Shown piece by piece: positions 36,893 to 49,300 of a stretch of 64,000 nt of DNA (its first letter is position 1; each line of letters starts with the position of its first letter). Source of the DNA: Magallana gigas. Its lineage: Eukaryota. The position numbers and the translations under genes are program-made. Under the pieces are notes generated by a model that was not told the origin of the DNA, did no database searches, and was given only the letters and a program-made list of their open reading frames with translations. The stretch lies in assembly GCF_963853765.1 (NCBI RefSeq), contig NC_088859.1, forward strand, positions 35,774,001 through 35,838,000. The letters run 5' to 3'.

Positions 36893-37612
36893 CGCGTGTT
36901 TTTAGACTGATTGACAGTTACTGCATTAGAACTGTGTGTATGATCGGTTGTCAGACGACACAACTTCATCGTTATTCTGAGTGATATTTACATAAATATG
37001 TACATATTGTATCACAATACCATTATATAAAACAAACTTCCAAATCTGCTGTTTCTGTTTATTTCATACAAAATCATTCACTTATTAACGAACTATTTCG
37101 ACAGATAGACTCAACCTAGTCAATGAATGCCCTTACAGTTATGAACTTTAGCTGCACTAGACTTTACTTAAACGGAGACTTGTTGTAAATGACGTGTAAG
37201 ACAAATAGATTTGGCATCAGAGTATTGTACAAACCCCCATGACCCGTAACATAGCTACTCAAAGTATACAGTTAAGAGGATCGCCAGTAAATTAGTTTTT
37301 GAAAGATATTATCATATCTTATGAATGAAGAAAAGTTTAAGAATGGCTGTAGAGCTTTTATTTACTTATGATTTAAAATACCCCCCCCCCAAAAAAAAAA
37401 TAAAAACCCCATGATTTGGCAAAAATATTATACAAATTTTCAGATTTAGATATTATGATGCAAAAAGGTAGTTTACTCACATAGCTTACATTCCCACATA
37501 ACATTAACGATGTTACGACAAAAATTGAAATTAAATGAAAGGGCATGACGGCCATAAAATCTAACAAATCTTATTTTCCTGCAAATATTATTAATTAAAA
37601 GGATCAAGAATC

Positions 37613-38370
37613 TATGGTGGCATATCTCTGCCCCTTATGTGCAAGTTATTTTTCTATCAAATATGTCGACATGCAAGATAAGTATGTTGACATGCTAGAT
37701 AGTTATGTCAACATGCAACATATCTATGTTGATATGCAAGAAAATTGTATCAAATAAAAATTTTATAAAATCTCAACAAATCTAAAATCTCGTCAACATG
37801 TGACATGCAAGATGCTAGATGCTACTTATTTATGTCGGCATGCAACTTATTTATGTTAACATGCGAGATGAATATGTTGACATGCAACTTATTTATGTTA
37901 AGATGCAATTTCATTATGTCGACATGCAACTCATTTATGCAGACATGCAACTTATAAGTTGCATGTCAACATATTTATCTCGCATGTGAACATAACTAAG
38001 TTGTATGTTGACATAAATAAGTAGCATGTGAACATAACTAAGGTGCATGTCGACATAAATAAGTTGCATGTGAACATAACGAAGTTGCATGTTGACATGA
38101 ATTAGTTGCATGTCAGCATATTTATCTTGCATGTTTACATAAATAAGTTGCATGTCGACATAAATAAGTTGCATTTCGCATCTTGGATGTCACATGTTGG
38201 CGATATTTGACATTTTTAATAATTTTCATTAGATTGAAATTATCTTGCATGTCGACAAAGTTATGTTGCATGTTGACATAACCATCTTGCATGTCAACAT
38301 ATTTATCTTGCATGTCAACATATTTGATAGAAAAATAACTTGTACACAAGGGGCAGAGATATCCCACCAT
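37613..38370. mobile_element. Foldback-type element: ~750-bp quasi-palindrome built of ~21-bp subrepeats
   Basis: TATGGTGGCATATCTCTGCCC left versus GGGCAGAGATATCCCACCATA right. Arms are arrays of GCAACTTATTTATGTTGACAT-like units; centre GACATGCAACTTATAAGTTGCATGTC at ~37942-37967. Confidence 0.8.
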
Positions 38371-39309
38371 AAGTCCCTGTAGCGTTTATCAGTTCCTATA
38401 AATTTTCAATTATATCAATAAAAGATCTTTTTAAAGCTGATTTTTAAAATTCTAGTTCATTTTTTAACATAAATAAACAGTAGGCCTACCTGTAGCGTTT
38501 TTCATTTCTTATTAATTTTGGGTTTGATCCAGGAATTTTCGTTCAAAATTTCATCAAAAACATGAACTGAAATTTGTTAACATAACAAAGAACTGAAAGC
38601 TTTGTATGTCATTAATTAACATCTCAACGACTTACACTCAAATTTTGGTTGAGTATTAGAAAATGCCCTACCAAAGCTATAGACATTGAAACGGAAAAAC
38701 AAATTTTGACAAAAATCGTGAAGTCCTAACTAAATGTCTTAAATCAAAATGTTAATGTATCCTAATAACGCACTTTTAAATTCATTTTTTCAAAGTGGGT
38801 TGATTTAACGTACTTTGAAATGGATACATTTTCTGAGGCTTCATTTATTTACGTCAATTTTCCTTCTAATTTATGCGTATCTAGATTCATATAAAAAGCG
38901 ATGTCCAGTTAGTAGATTTTTAATTGTTTTCACAAAATTAGCACAAAAAAAAGTTCAATCCGCCTTTGCACAAAGTGAATTTGCGCCAACTTAATACAAC
39001 GAATGTTCTTTTTTTTTCTTTAACTATGGGCCGACTCCACCTCCTCTACCCCAGCTTTAGGCTACCATAGGAAATGAATTCGGTTGAACGATGTGGTCCC
39101 TGTGCAGTGCATATTTAACAAGTCTTGGCAGAAACTTTCTGGATAAAAGCGGTCACATTCGCGTTACGTTCCAAAAATATCCGACTACAAAAAATTCCCT
39201 TACTTCCGTTTTGCTAAGTAGGTCACTTCAGCCTGGCGTTGAACGATAAGCCGCATCGCTAGACAACGGTTGCTTCCTTTTCTGATTCAAGAACGGAAAG
39301 TTTAATACA

Positions 39310-41350
39310 ATGGGTGTAGAAAAGCAAGTTTTGGCACAAGGAGACGGTAGGAATAATTCTTAATGTATCAATGTTTTAGTTTTAGGAAGAGGTGGAGTGA
39401 TTTAAACCGGGTTAATGCCAGCCCCACGGCACGTGTTTTTTGTGCCGTTTACTTTTTGTCGTCGACTCACAAGACTGTCCAAAACCTTACAACTATGTAA
39501 AGTTTCTTTATATATTAGTGAGGATTATGTATGTCTTTTGTTAATTTTATTCAACTTGGACTAGAATTGTCTTCCCTTGTATATAAGCATACCTACATGG
39601 AGAGATCCCTTTTTTCCGGTATTTAATTTTAAAAGTGTTCGAATTCCCCTTTTAAGTAAAAATGGTATATTCTCTTAAGATGGACTTTATTTCTTTATTA
39701 CGTACTTTTTAGAATTAACTTTAATTATAATTTTAGTATACATCACACATGCCATGAATTAAAGCTCAAAGTTTCTTTCAGAAAGTTTCTAACTTCCAAT
39801 TTTTCTTAATTATTTCATATTTAGAAAGCATAATTTTTTATGTAGCAAATTTTTCAAACTTAAAATGCAGGGTTTGTTTTATTATAGCTGCTGCTTAAGC
39901 CTATATACATATTATAAAAGAATTTTGAAACAATACATGTATGTGTCTGTCTATACGATTATAGCGGCGGAGGAAATGTACAATATTATGTATAGCATTG
40001 CATGTACTTGCTGGCATGCCTACTAGAAGTGGGATTTCCTCCACTTTGTGGTAAAGCTTATTTTGTTAGATGTCATGATATTTTAAATTATGAATTTTGT
40101 TTTAAAGGTAAGACTTTCCCCACAAAAGGACAGACAGTTGTTGTGCACTATACAGGTATTTTCTATGTTTTTCTCTCTCTCCTGTACCATAAATTAAACA
40201 TGTTTCTGATTCTACATTTGTAAAAAGAACTTACCATCTTATTAGTTTCAATGGAAATTTATGAAAATTCTACATTATATTCTTGTTCTTGTCATTGTAA
40301 ACAATTTTAATTAATGCTTACCATTCAGCCCACATTTAAAGAATTTGAAAAATATGTTAAAAATTACCTTTACTACAAAAAAATATATACACATTGGAAA
40401 ATAAACAAACATCCTTTTCATTTAGGAACTCTAACTGATGGAAAGAAATTTGATTCCTCAAAAGACAGGGGCAAGCCTTTTGAATTCAAAATTGGGATGA
40501 GCCAAGTCATTAAAGGTAAGTTTTAAAACACACATTTACTGGGTAATACCGTGTTACGCAGAAATGAATACAAGTAAATTGATAAATACATGCATTTTCT
40601 TATTGCTGTCTTTGGTTAATGCCAAAGCTATATTCTTTTGATGGTGGTGATAATAATTCTATGATTTTTTTTTCATTGGCAGGATGGGATGAAGGTGTCA
40701 TGACAGTATGTATTCAAACTTTTAATATGGATCTTAAATTTTACTGTGTAACATTTACTAACTTTAATATTCTGCCTTATCATAAAGTATTGCAACTAAA
40801 TAATGCAGAAAGCACTGGTAGCTATGATAATTCTTATTGTTGGAAAATATTAAACAAATTAAACAAGAATGTAATTAAATCAATTTACTTTCTTTATTAT
40901 AGATGAGTGTTGGTGAGAAAGCTATTTTGACATGCTCCCCCGACTATGCCTATGGACCAAGTGGGGTTGGCGGAGTATATCCTTTTATAACTAAAACTAA
41001 AATTCATGAATTATTCTGATAGATAAGTTTAAATTGATTCCATTATCAAGATGCTGTGGTTTTGAAATCTGCTTACCGGTATATGTTCCTTCAGAAGGTA
41101 AATGAAAAAAAATTACAGGAACATTCCTGATATAGAAGTTCAAATTGATACGTTTTCAGAAGTTTGCTTATGAGTCCCTCTAAAAGGTGAAATATACACA
41201 ACAATATATATTTTGAAATGCATTTGAACCTGTAAAGTTTTTCACATTGTGCATTGATCATGTGCATCGTCAGCAATTTCCTTAACACTGAGCACTATAC
41301 CACCCAATGCCACTCTAATCTTCGAGGTGGAACTTTTAGGACTGAAGTAG
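39310..41350 (+). CDS. FKBP1A: FKBP12-type peptidyl-prolyl isomerase, cytosolic, 108 aa (paralog 4)
   Basis: Exons 39310-39346, 40108-40155, 40426-40515, 40683-40705, 40903-40976, 41296-41350 give [108 protein letters not shown]. Confidence 0.93.
40977..41295 (+). other. U12-type AT-AC intron (paralog 4)
   Basis: ATATCCTTTT ... TTTCCTTAAC-ACTGAGCAC; perfect U12 consensus; restores GVIPPNA. Confidence 0.95.
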
Positions 41351-44300
41351 AGGCCATGTTCTAGTGGCACAGCGATAGAGTACCTCCATGTATCAAGTGT
41401 TCTATACTCCATGTAGTGCTGTAGTTTGATTGTAACTTAACATTTTGGGAACATTTATCAGTTTTCTCAACATCCTGTGTTTGATGGATAATGAAGTTCT
41501 ATTGAGATTGGTAATATTTCTACATGATTCATTTTTAAGAACAATTGAAAATCTGTGAACATGATATTTGATAGTTATCTCACATTTTTGACTCTTTTTT
41601 TTTTCTATTTTCACTTTTACACAGAACATTTGTATCAAAATTTTTAATTTTGTTGCTATAATTTATGGAAACAATTTTGTCTCTTGTTGTAAATGGAAAA
41701 AATATGATAAAAAAGGATTTAAAAAACAGGCTTGTTTTAGAATTTATTTGAAAATAAGAGAACATGCTAAGTTTAAGCATTACCAAAGCTTCTTGCATAA
41801 AAATCTGCAAAACCATGGCCGTTGCAGTGCAGACTACAAGAAAGATCATAAGCATTACAACAAAAATCCGGTCAGGTGGACAAAAAGTCAAGACTGAGGC
41901 TGCTTTTGATCTAATGATTTCTGTTATGGGCTCAAAGAAAGAAAAAACACTGAGTGACACGGAGAAAATGGTGAATTTGAGTAAAAGCTTTTAGAACCTT
42001 CCCTGAATTTTTCAACGAAAACAGATGCAACTACATGTATTTCATGGAAAAGGAGGATTTTCCTAAACATGAAATAGGCCCCCTTTTATGCAATGAATTA
42101 TAGAAAATCTACCATGCTTTTGATAATTTTAAAACAAGAGTGGATAAATATGACACATCCTGATTTATAGCGTTGATAGCTTGGGTAGTTTTATTGCCAT
42201 GATTAAAGCATTATCTATGATTTTGTACACCACTTTCAATTTGCTTCCAACGCCACTCTAAGAATGAATAGAATGAGTGGACTTTGTTGCAATAGACGAT
42301 ATGTTTATGAAGGAGATGAGCAGACTGGACAAGACTCGTTTACATATCACGTGACTATTTATCGCCATATTCTCACCAGAGGCATGCTCAACAGCGCGCT
42401 CGCTAAAATTCCTTATTCCTGCAACACAAAATTTGGCGAGCGCTCTCTATGTTGAACACACCTCAGTTGGGAGAAATTTTTGCGATCAGAAATGAAAAAT
42501 CAGTTGATGATGCATTAACAACTTTCAAATAATGGATTTTTACAAATGAAGGTAAATTGCCTATATAATCATTTCGAACACGCTTATCGATATCTATGTC
42601 ACTTTGCACAGACGAGTAACACTGTGAAACGAATTCACATCTGGTAAACAACATCAGCTTATAATTTTTTAGAAGTTACATATGAGCACAGCGAGATACA
42701 TTATCTCCTTTCACATATTGATAGATTTTGAGCTGAAGGAGAAACATGCGCTCGTGTATGGCTTTTAAATGTGGGGCGGAGATTAAAAGATACGGAGATA
42801 TATCTGCCATAAGTAATGATTTATATCTTCCAAATGATTGTTTTTTCTTTGGTAAGAAAGAAATTCAAAAATATAACTATCTGTTATATTTTATATGTGT
42901 AATCATGTAATTCTGTGATATATTAACCTGAATAAAATGAAATTAAATATCAAAGATTAATTAAGTACATGCAAGATAAAACAGATGTTCCCATTATTTC
43001 GCCTACACCTGTGTTTGGACGGAAAATACTTTTTACTAAAAATAGCTTTACATACCTTAGGTTTTGATTTTATAATCGGTCTGTAACAACCGATACTGCT
43101 TTTTCATATTCGGGAAACCTGCGTCGAGAAATGAGTATATAGACCTCAGTATAAAATGTCAGTTGATTTCTGAACCGTGATTAGTTTAAGCAAAATGCAA
43201 TGAATGTAAGCCCAAGTGTAAATAGAGTACATGTATCCTATAGCGTTCTTGAAGAGACCTGTATATATTGGGTGAGCCTTTACTCAGACTGAATTATACA
43301 AGATAATTATATAATAAGAAGGAAAAAAAATCAAGCAGGTTGAATACCTGCTCCTCTACAACTTGGGTTGCAGAGGAGCATTGGATACATGTATGCAATT
43401 TAACCTCTATTCTTATGCTTCGATTAAGTGAAAAAATAATTAGTAATTAATACCCTGAACTCGAGGATATATACACAAATTTAAAACAACGCGGATACTA
43501 CTTCATGTACCACAGGATTCGTTTGAATGAAAATATCCGGTTATCCATGTTTTGTGAGCATGGAGGGAAAGTCGCCATTTTGCTCACATTTGAAACATGT
43601 TTGCAGTGATATACTAAGTAATGTATTTTTCAAGTAGCATGTTGTCAGGATACTTGACTCCCCCGATCATTGGAGGCACAGTAGTGCAGGGAATCGTGGG
43701 TAAAGACAGTATAACTATAGATGCCTAGATAGACGTGTTCGATTTGTCTGACGCTAAAACCGAACATCGAACGTGTCACTTCAGATTAATACTGGCAATG
43801 AATATTTTGGGAGAAACTCTTTCAGCGTTGCTCTCTGGATTATTTCAAGATGCACTTGGCATAAATGCCGTCTTTGCTTCGATGATGGTACATATCCTTC
43901 CTCGTAGCAATTCCATGTATTCGATCTTTCACCCTTATGAATGAAAGAAAACAAGACACAATATCTTGCAATCTGTTCTAGATAAAATACATATTAAAAG
44001 GAAACAATATAGCAGTAATATCAAAGCCACGTTCCGGTAACAACACAACGATTTTGATTACCCTTATAATAATGTCAGGTGTGAATCCAATGTGTAAAGT
44101 TGGTGAGACAGACATACGTCAACCTTTTAACTAGGACTCGCTTGGAGTCATTGTTTAATGGGAATGGGTATACCATGGGAATGAGTTCACTTTTTATGCC
44201 ATTATTTGCCAACTAGGTATAGTCACTATAAATCTCTCGAACTCCATGCTCATTTTTTCCTCTTTGCACAAGACTTTCAAACTCAATGGAAATGGGAGAA

Positions 44301-46333
44301 AATTGGAAACCATTTTTAGCTCAAAGCTTGAAATGAGACCAAAGTGCACTATATATGTAATAAAGGTGTTTAATTGTTAGGTCAAGACAGAAACATATCG
44401 ATGAAACAACTTTAGTTTTATAGCAGAGACAAGAAACATGATAATACCTAGTATTGTCAAAAATGCATATGGTGCAGGATGAGGGTGAATAATAGAGATA
44501 AAACTATCTGTAAGCAAATTTGTCTCTTTCCAACCACTGTCGCCGAGTTCAACGAAGAAAGGAGAACGTGATACTCAGTCCAATGGTGTCTATCAAATGC
44601 CACATAATGTTAGCGCATTATGTCGAGTTCAAAACAAACCTCAGGCTCTTGTGTGTAAAGGAAAATCTGCATTTTTATTAACCAAGGCGTATTACTGAAA
44701 GAAGGGGTAAGGTGTTGCATCGTCTATATATCTACATACGTCGTCTTTCCTTCGGATGAAATATTAATCTAGGTGGTTCACCCGTGCCGTTTGTTGGTTT
44801 GTATTGTTAGTACAAAGCTGCCGTGCGTTCGGTCGGGTGCTGCGCTCATTTTGCAACGGTTATTTGGTTTTGGGAAACAGGAAGCACTAACAATACCTAC
44901 AAAAATCCGATATTCTGGCAACATCGGTCCAAGATGCGACAGTAATTTTGATGCAAAACTAGATGAGTAAAAATTTGAACATAGCTATCTAGCATCGAAT
45001 ATAATGTCAAAAAGAGATTTAAAGATTTTGCATTCAGTAAAATATGTATGATTAATACGAGATAATATTCAAGATGTAAAATAAACTATGAATAACCTAA
45101 CGATGTTTAACAACTTTGGCTCCATGTTGCGCTTCTTTTACCCCAAGAGGTAAGAACAGCGAGACTGACCGTGGGTGTCATGGTTTCAGTCACGATACAT
45201 GGTTACGCGCACTTTATATTCACATAAACACTTGAAATCGCCATCGTATTATTTATACATTTTTAAGTTAAAAATAATTTTTAAGATTTCATACATATAT
45301 TCATGTCTTTCCTGGAGATGGGATATTATTTATAGAAAAAAAATTGGCGTCACAAATCGGAATTACACGTATTAAATATATGGCACCAATTTTTATAAAC
45401 ATATTGCACTGAAACTTTTTTTCAGCAAACTTTGTAAAATAATACAGTTTTACGAATTCATGACTGTTTATACAGTTCTTGAAAAGTGGAAAAACAATTA
45501 TATTCATTTGGTATTTATATCAATTCTTAAAACATATATGTCTGAGATTTCATGTATAAGTTGTCCAAACATAGAATTGTAAGCTGAGGGATTGCAAATG
45601 CCAACTTAAACAAAAAACCACCAGACATTTTTATTGTAATTATTTTTAATAACAAATAAAAACATACATGTATTATATTTAAAAACATTAAATGAGAAAA
45701 GTTTTATAGACGAATGTAAATCCAAGAGTTGGAAGCACAATGAAGTCCAAATAGGTTGTGATCCTAATATTAGTATCATCATAAATCTTAACAAATTCAT
45801 TTTTTTTTTAATTATATAATAATCAATAAACAAATTTATTACAATTTACTTTTATAACTTTTCAAGTTTAGTAATATTAAAATATTTTTATGTTATTTAT
45901 GAATATGTATTTAAATACAAAATAAAATTCACAGTATTCAGGGTATCTTCCAGCAGCTTAAATTAAAAAAAAATTTTCAAAATAAATATTGTTTCATCAC
46001 ATTAAAATACAGAATTATCTAACAATTGTCTTGAGAAAAAAAATATGACAAGTTAACAGTATATAACAGTATTTCATGAACAAATTCTGAATAATTTTAA
46101 CATCAGTGCAAATCACACATCCATCCAATTCCTCCCCACATTGCTGACATTTAAACAAAACCAACTACATGTACATGTATTTGTAACAGAAAATGGTTTC
46201 AAGGACTGTAACAAGAAAAAGAAATCACAGAAAATGACTTTTTGAATTTGATTCGATTCAACAATCAACTTAGTGACATAAGAATAGTAAGTACAAAACT
46301 GGTTTGAGTATGAGCATGGTGGAATCCTGAAAA

Positions 46334-49300
46334 TCAACTCAGTTCAAACCCTGCCCCTGACTCAATGGCATATGTGAGTTTGGTTCTGAGGGTCTCTTTG
46401 TCATGGAATTCGGGCAGCTTTAGAAGGTTCATGCAGGTGCTTGCTGTGGGGAGTCTGTCCTCCTCATTTCCTCCAAAATGGACACAGAATGCTGGAAACA
46501 AATCCTGAAACAGAAAAAAAGTCTTAAATATTCAACAATCTTAATGATGATAAACATGTCTGCATAGTTCTGTAAACTTACTACATTTGGCTGTGTATCT
46601 AATTAGCATTTTAATGCAGCTTAATCTGCTAAATCAAGCACATTGCTAAAAGCCATGCATATATGTATAAGAATAGTCATATTGAGGAATATGCTAAATC
46701 AAATCCACGCCAACTTATTCAATCAAAGTTACATAGAATTCATCAATCATTTTCAAGAACTAAGTCTTGTCAGCAGCAATGATTTGTGCCGAGGTCCAAA
46801 CACTGTTTCACTTTCGGTTTGTCTGAGTAACTGCATAGGAGAGTTGATTAAAATCAACTCCCAACAACTATTTTCCACAAAATATTGTACACACCAAATA
46901 TAATTCGCTTACAGTATTTTGTATTCTCACAAGACCTTAGTGTGGACATTGTGTGCGGAGGGTTACCTTGAAGCCTAGCAGTGGAGGTCTTGAGCAGCTT
47001 GTGACAAACTTCAGAAGTTGACGTTTCTGAGTGTCTGTGAAGTTTTCTACCACATCCCAGAAATTCTGTATGACTGGGTGATTTATTGTATAGCCCCCTG
47101 AAAAAGATATATTATGATGTAATGTTACTCAATTTTTCAATAATCATTTGCATTAATACTGAGAAGCAGGATCAAACAACTAGCACCACATGGATATGAA
47201 ATAAAATATCATTTCTCTATGAATAATGAATTCTTTGAGGGTATACATACAGTGTATAACTACTTTACACTTAATTCAAACAAATGATTATTATGTAAGC
47301 AAACATGAAATGAAGAGTGATATTTCTGCAGTAACCTGAGTAATGTGTGTGTTGCTTCAGGTCCTGAATGTTGACAGGGATCATAGCACCAGATATCAGC
47401 GTCTGAAGCTCATGGTGGTCAAACATCCGCAGCCACTCCAAGTTAATTAGGTCGGCCATGCCCTGCCTGAACGCTGTGCAGTGTGTTCTGATCTATAAAC
47501 AATTTGAGATTTTATTATGAATAAAACATGAGCTTTTCAAAAGTTTGCCTTATATCAGCATTGTTGAAATCTGGTACATAATGATATCCGTGAATCAAGG
47601 AATATGGTAATGACAATGCCAGTGTTTTCACATTAGATATATATAGTGACTTCATCATTACCTATGTCAAAGTCAATGGATTTCATTGATGAGTATATCC
47701 ACAAAATCAAATATTAATTTTCAGTACTGATAAGATACTTTGTGTTGTTAGAACCATAGTCTGCCAATTTACATATCTTCAAAACTTTGAAATTTTTCAA
47801 ATCCACCCCAAAATATGACCACAAAAAAGTAAATAGGACCAGAGAAAGTGAAAAATACCAGTACTTTGAATTTTTGATTTTGAAATTTTCATATTCAGAA
47901 CATGTAAACATGATTTCTTAAATGCATCAGTCATATTAATATATACCTGCTTGTTTATTTTGTAGTCTGCCATCAAGTGTATGTACTCTATTTTGTTTGC
48001 CTCAGTCACAGTAATATTTCTTCCATTATATTTCAAATCTACCTCCTGTTCAAAACAAATGACATCAAGTATAGCAACTACAAATAATGTCGGTTAATTT
48101 GTTCTCTAAAGTTTCATAGTGCATACTGTAAGTCAACTTTTAATTGTGTGCGAGAAATTTTTACAAGGTTCCGGAGAGCCTCATTGTGGCAACTAGCAAC
48201 ACAAAAGTTGATAAGGCTTAATCGGGAAAATTAGTCGCCGCAAAGGCGCAAACCTGTTCATTTCTGGTACATTAGAAAATAGAGTCATAACATATAAAAG
48301 TGATTTACATAGTACTTGTATGAGTTCGTGTATTTTTGACAAAACTTGAACTTTTATTATCTTGTCATTAAAGTGTAACTGCAAGTTTGCATTTTGAGAG
48401 ACATATAAGAAAAACCTCTTACCTTCCTAATTCCAAAATTGTCATCTACTGTTGTGAAATTTAAACCTAGATCCTCCACTTCTTTACCATTTAATGTCTT
48501 CAGTGACAACAAGTTCCTAATGATAAAAAAAATGGTCACAAGAGCTGAATTCCCAAAACATATCACTACAGGGACTGATACACAAGTTTATTGAGAAATA
48601 TAGGAAAAATCTTTAACATTGAAAATGAAGAAAGTTTATATACATGTAGAATGCAACATAATCTTTAAAGATTTCCAATTTATAGCTTACTTTTCATCTT
48701 GCATATGTTATAATGCCTGATATAAGAGCATGCAAAAAATGAAGTTTAGTATATTCTAAGCCATTAAAATTAATCAAAAAAAAAAAATGCAGCTCCTTCC
48801 ATCACTTACCTGTACATTTCAGGGTCAAGAGAAGCCAGGTGATGAATGTCCAAGTCACCTCCGTGTCGACTAAGAATTTTGGATAAAAAGAAAGTAGCAA
48901 AAGGAATTTCCACCAGCATGTTTTCATATATGGCCTGTCAAACAAGAAGAAAAAAACAATAAGTTTTTTCTGACTCAAATTCCAGAAAACATATCAATTC
49001 TACAGATAGAATATCAACGACGGGACAGTAATCAGATTGTACCTTGCCCAGCATGCGTCCCAGGAAGTAGTAATGCTTGGTATATTTTTCCATCAGAGAC
49101 ACAGACTGTGGATTTGGATACAGCAACCTGTCTGTTGTCATTAGAAACAAGCCTCTGTTTGGATCAAATCCTGTCTTTAGGAGCTCCGAAAGAAATTCTC
49201 GGAAAATTCCGCCACCATCTATACCAGCTTCATCTAATCCTGCTGCATTCATGAGCTGCACTCTCATTTTAAGTTTAAGGTTTGGTTCTGAAAAAAAAAA

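Noticed and set aside
37935-38370. Met/Gln-rich short ORFs
   Set aside because: Translations of the 21-bp subrepeats of the foldback element.
41580-41994. ORFs of 126 and 76 aa downstream of FKBP paralog 4
   Set aside because: AT-rich 3' UTR or intergenic sequence with no recognisable motif or splice context.
43700-45300. GC-richer intergenic patches (e.g. 44770-44970) as possible ncRNA or gene
   Set aside because: No recognisable RNA family motif, ORF homology or splice pattern by eye; an Infernal/Rfam scan would be needed.
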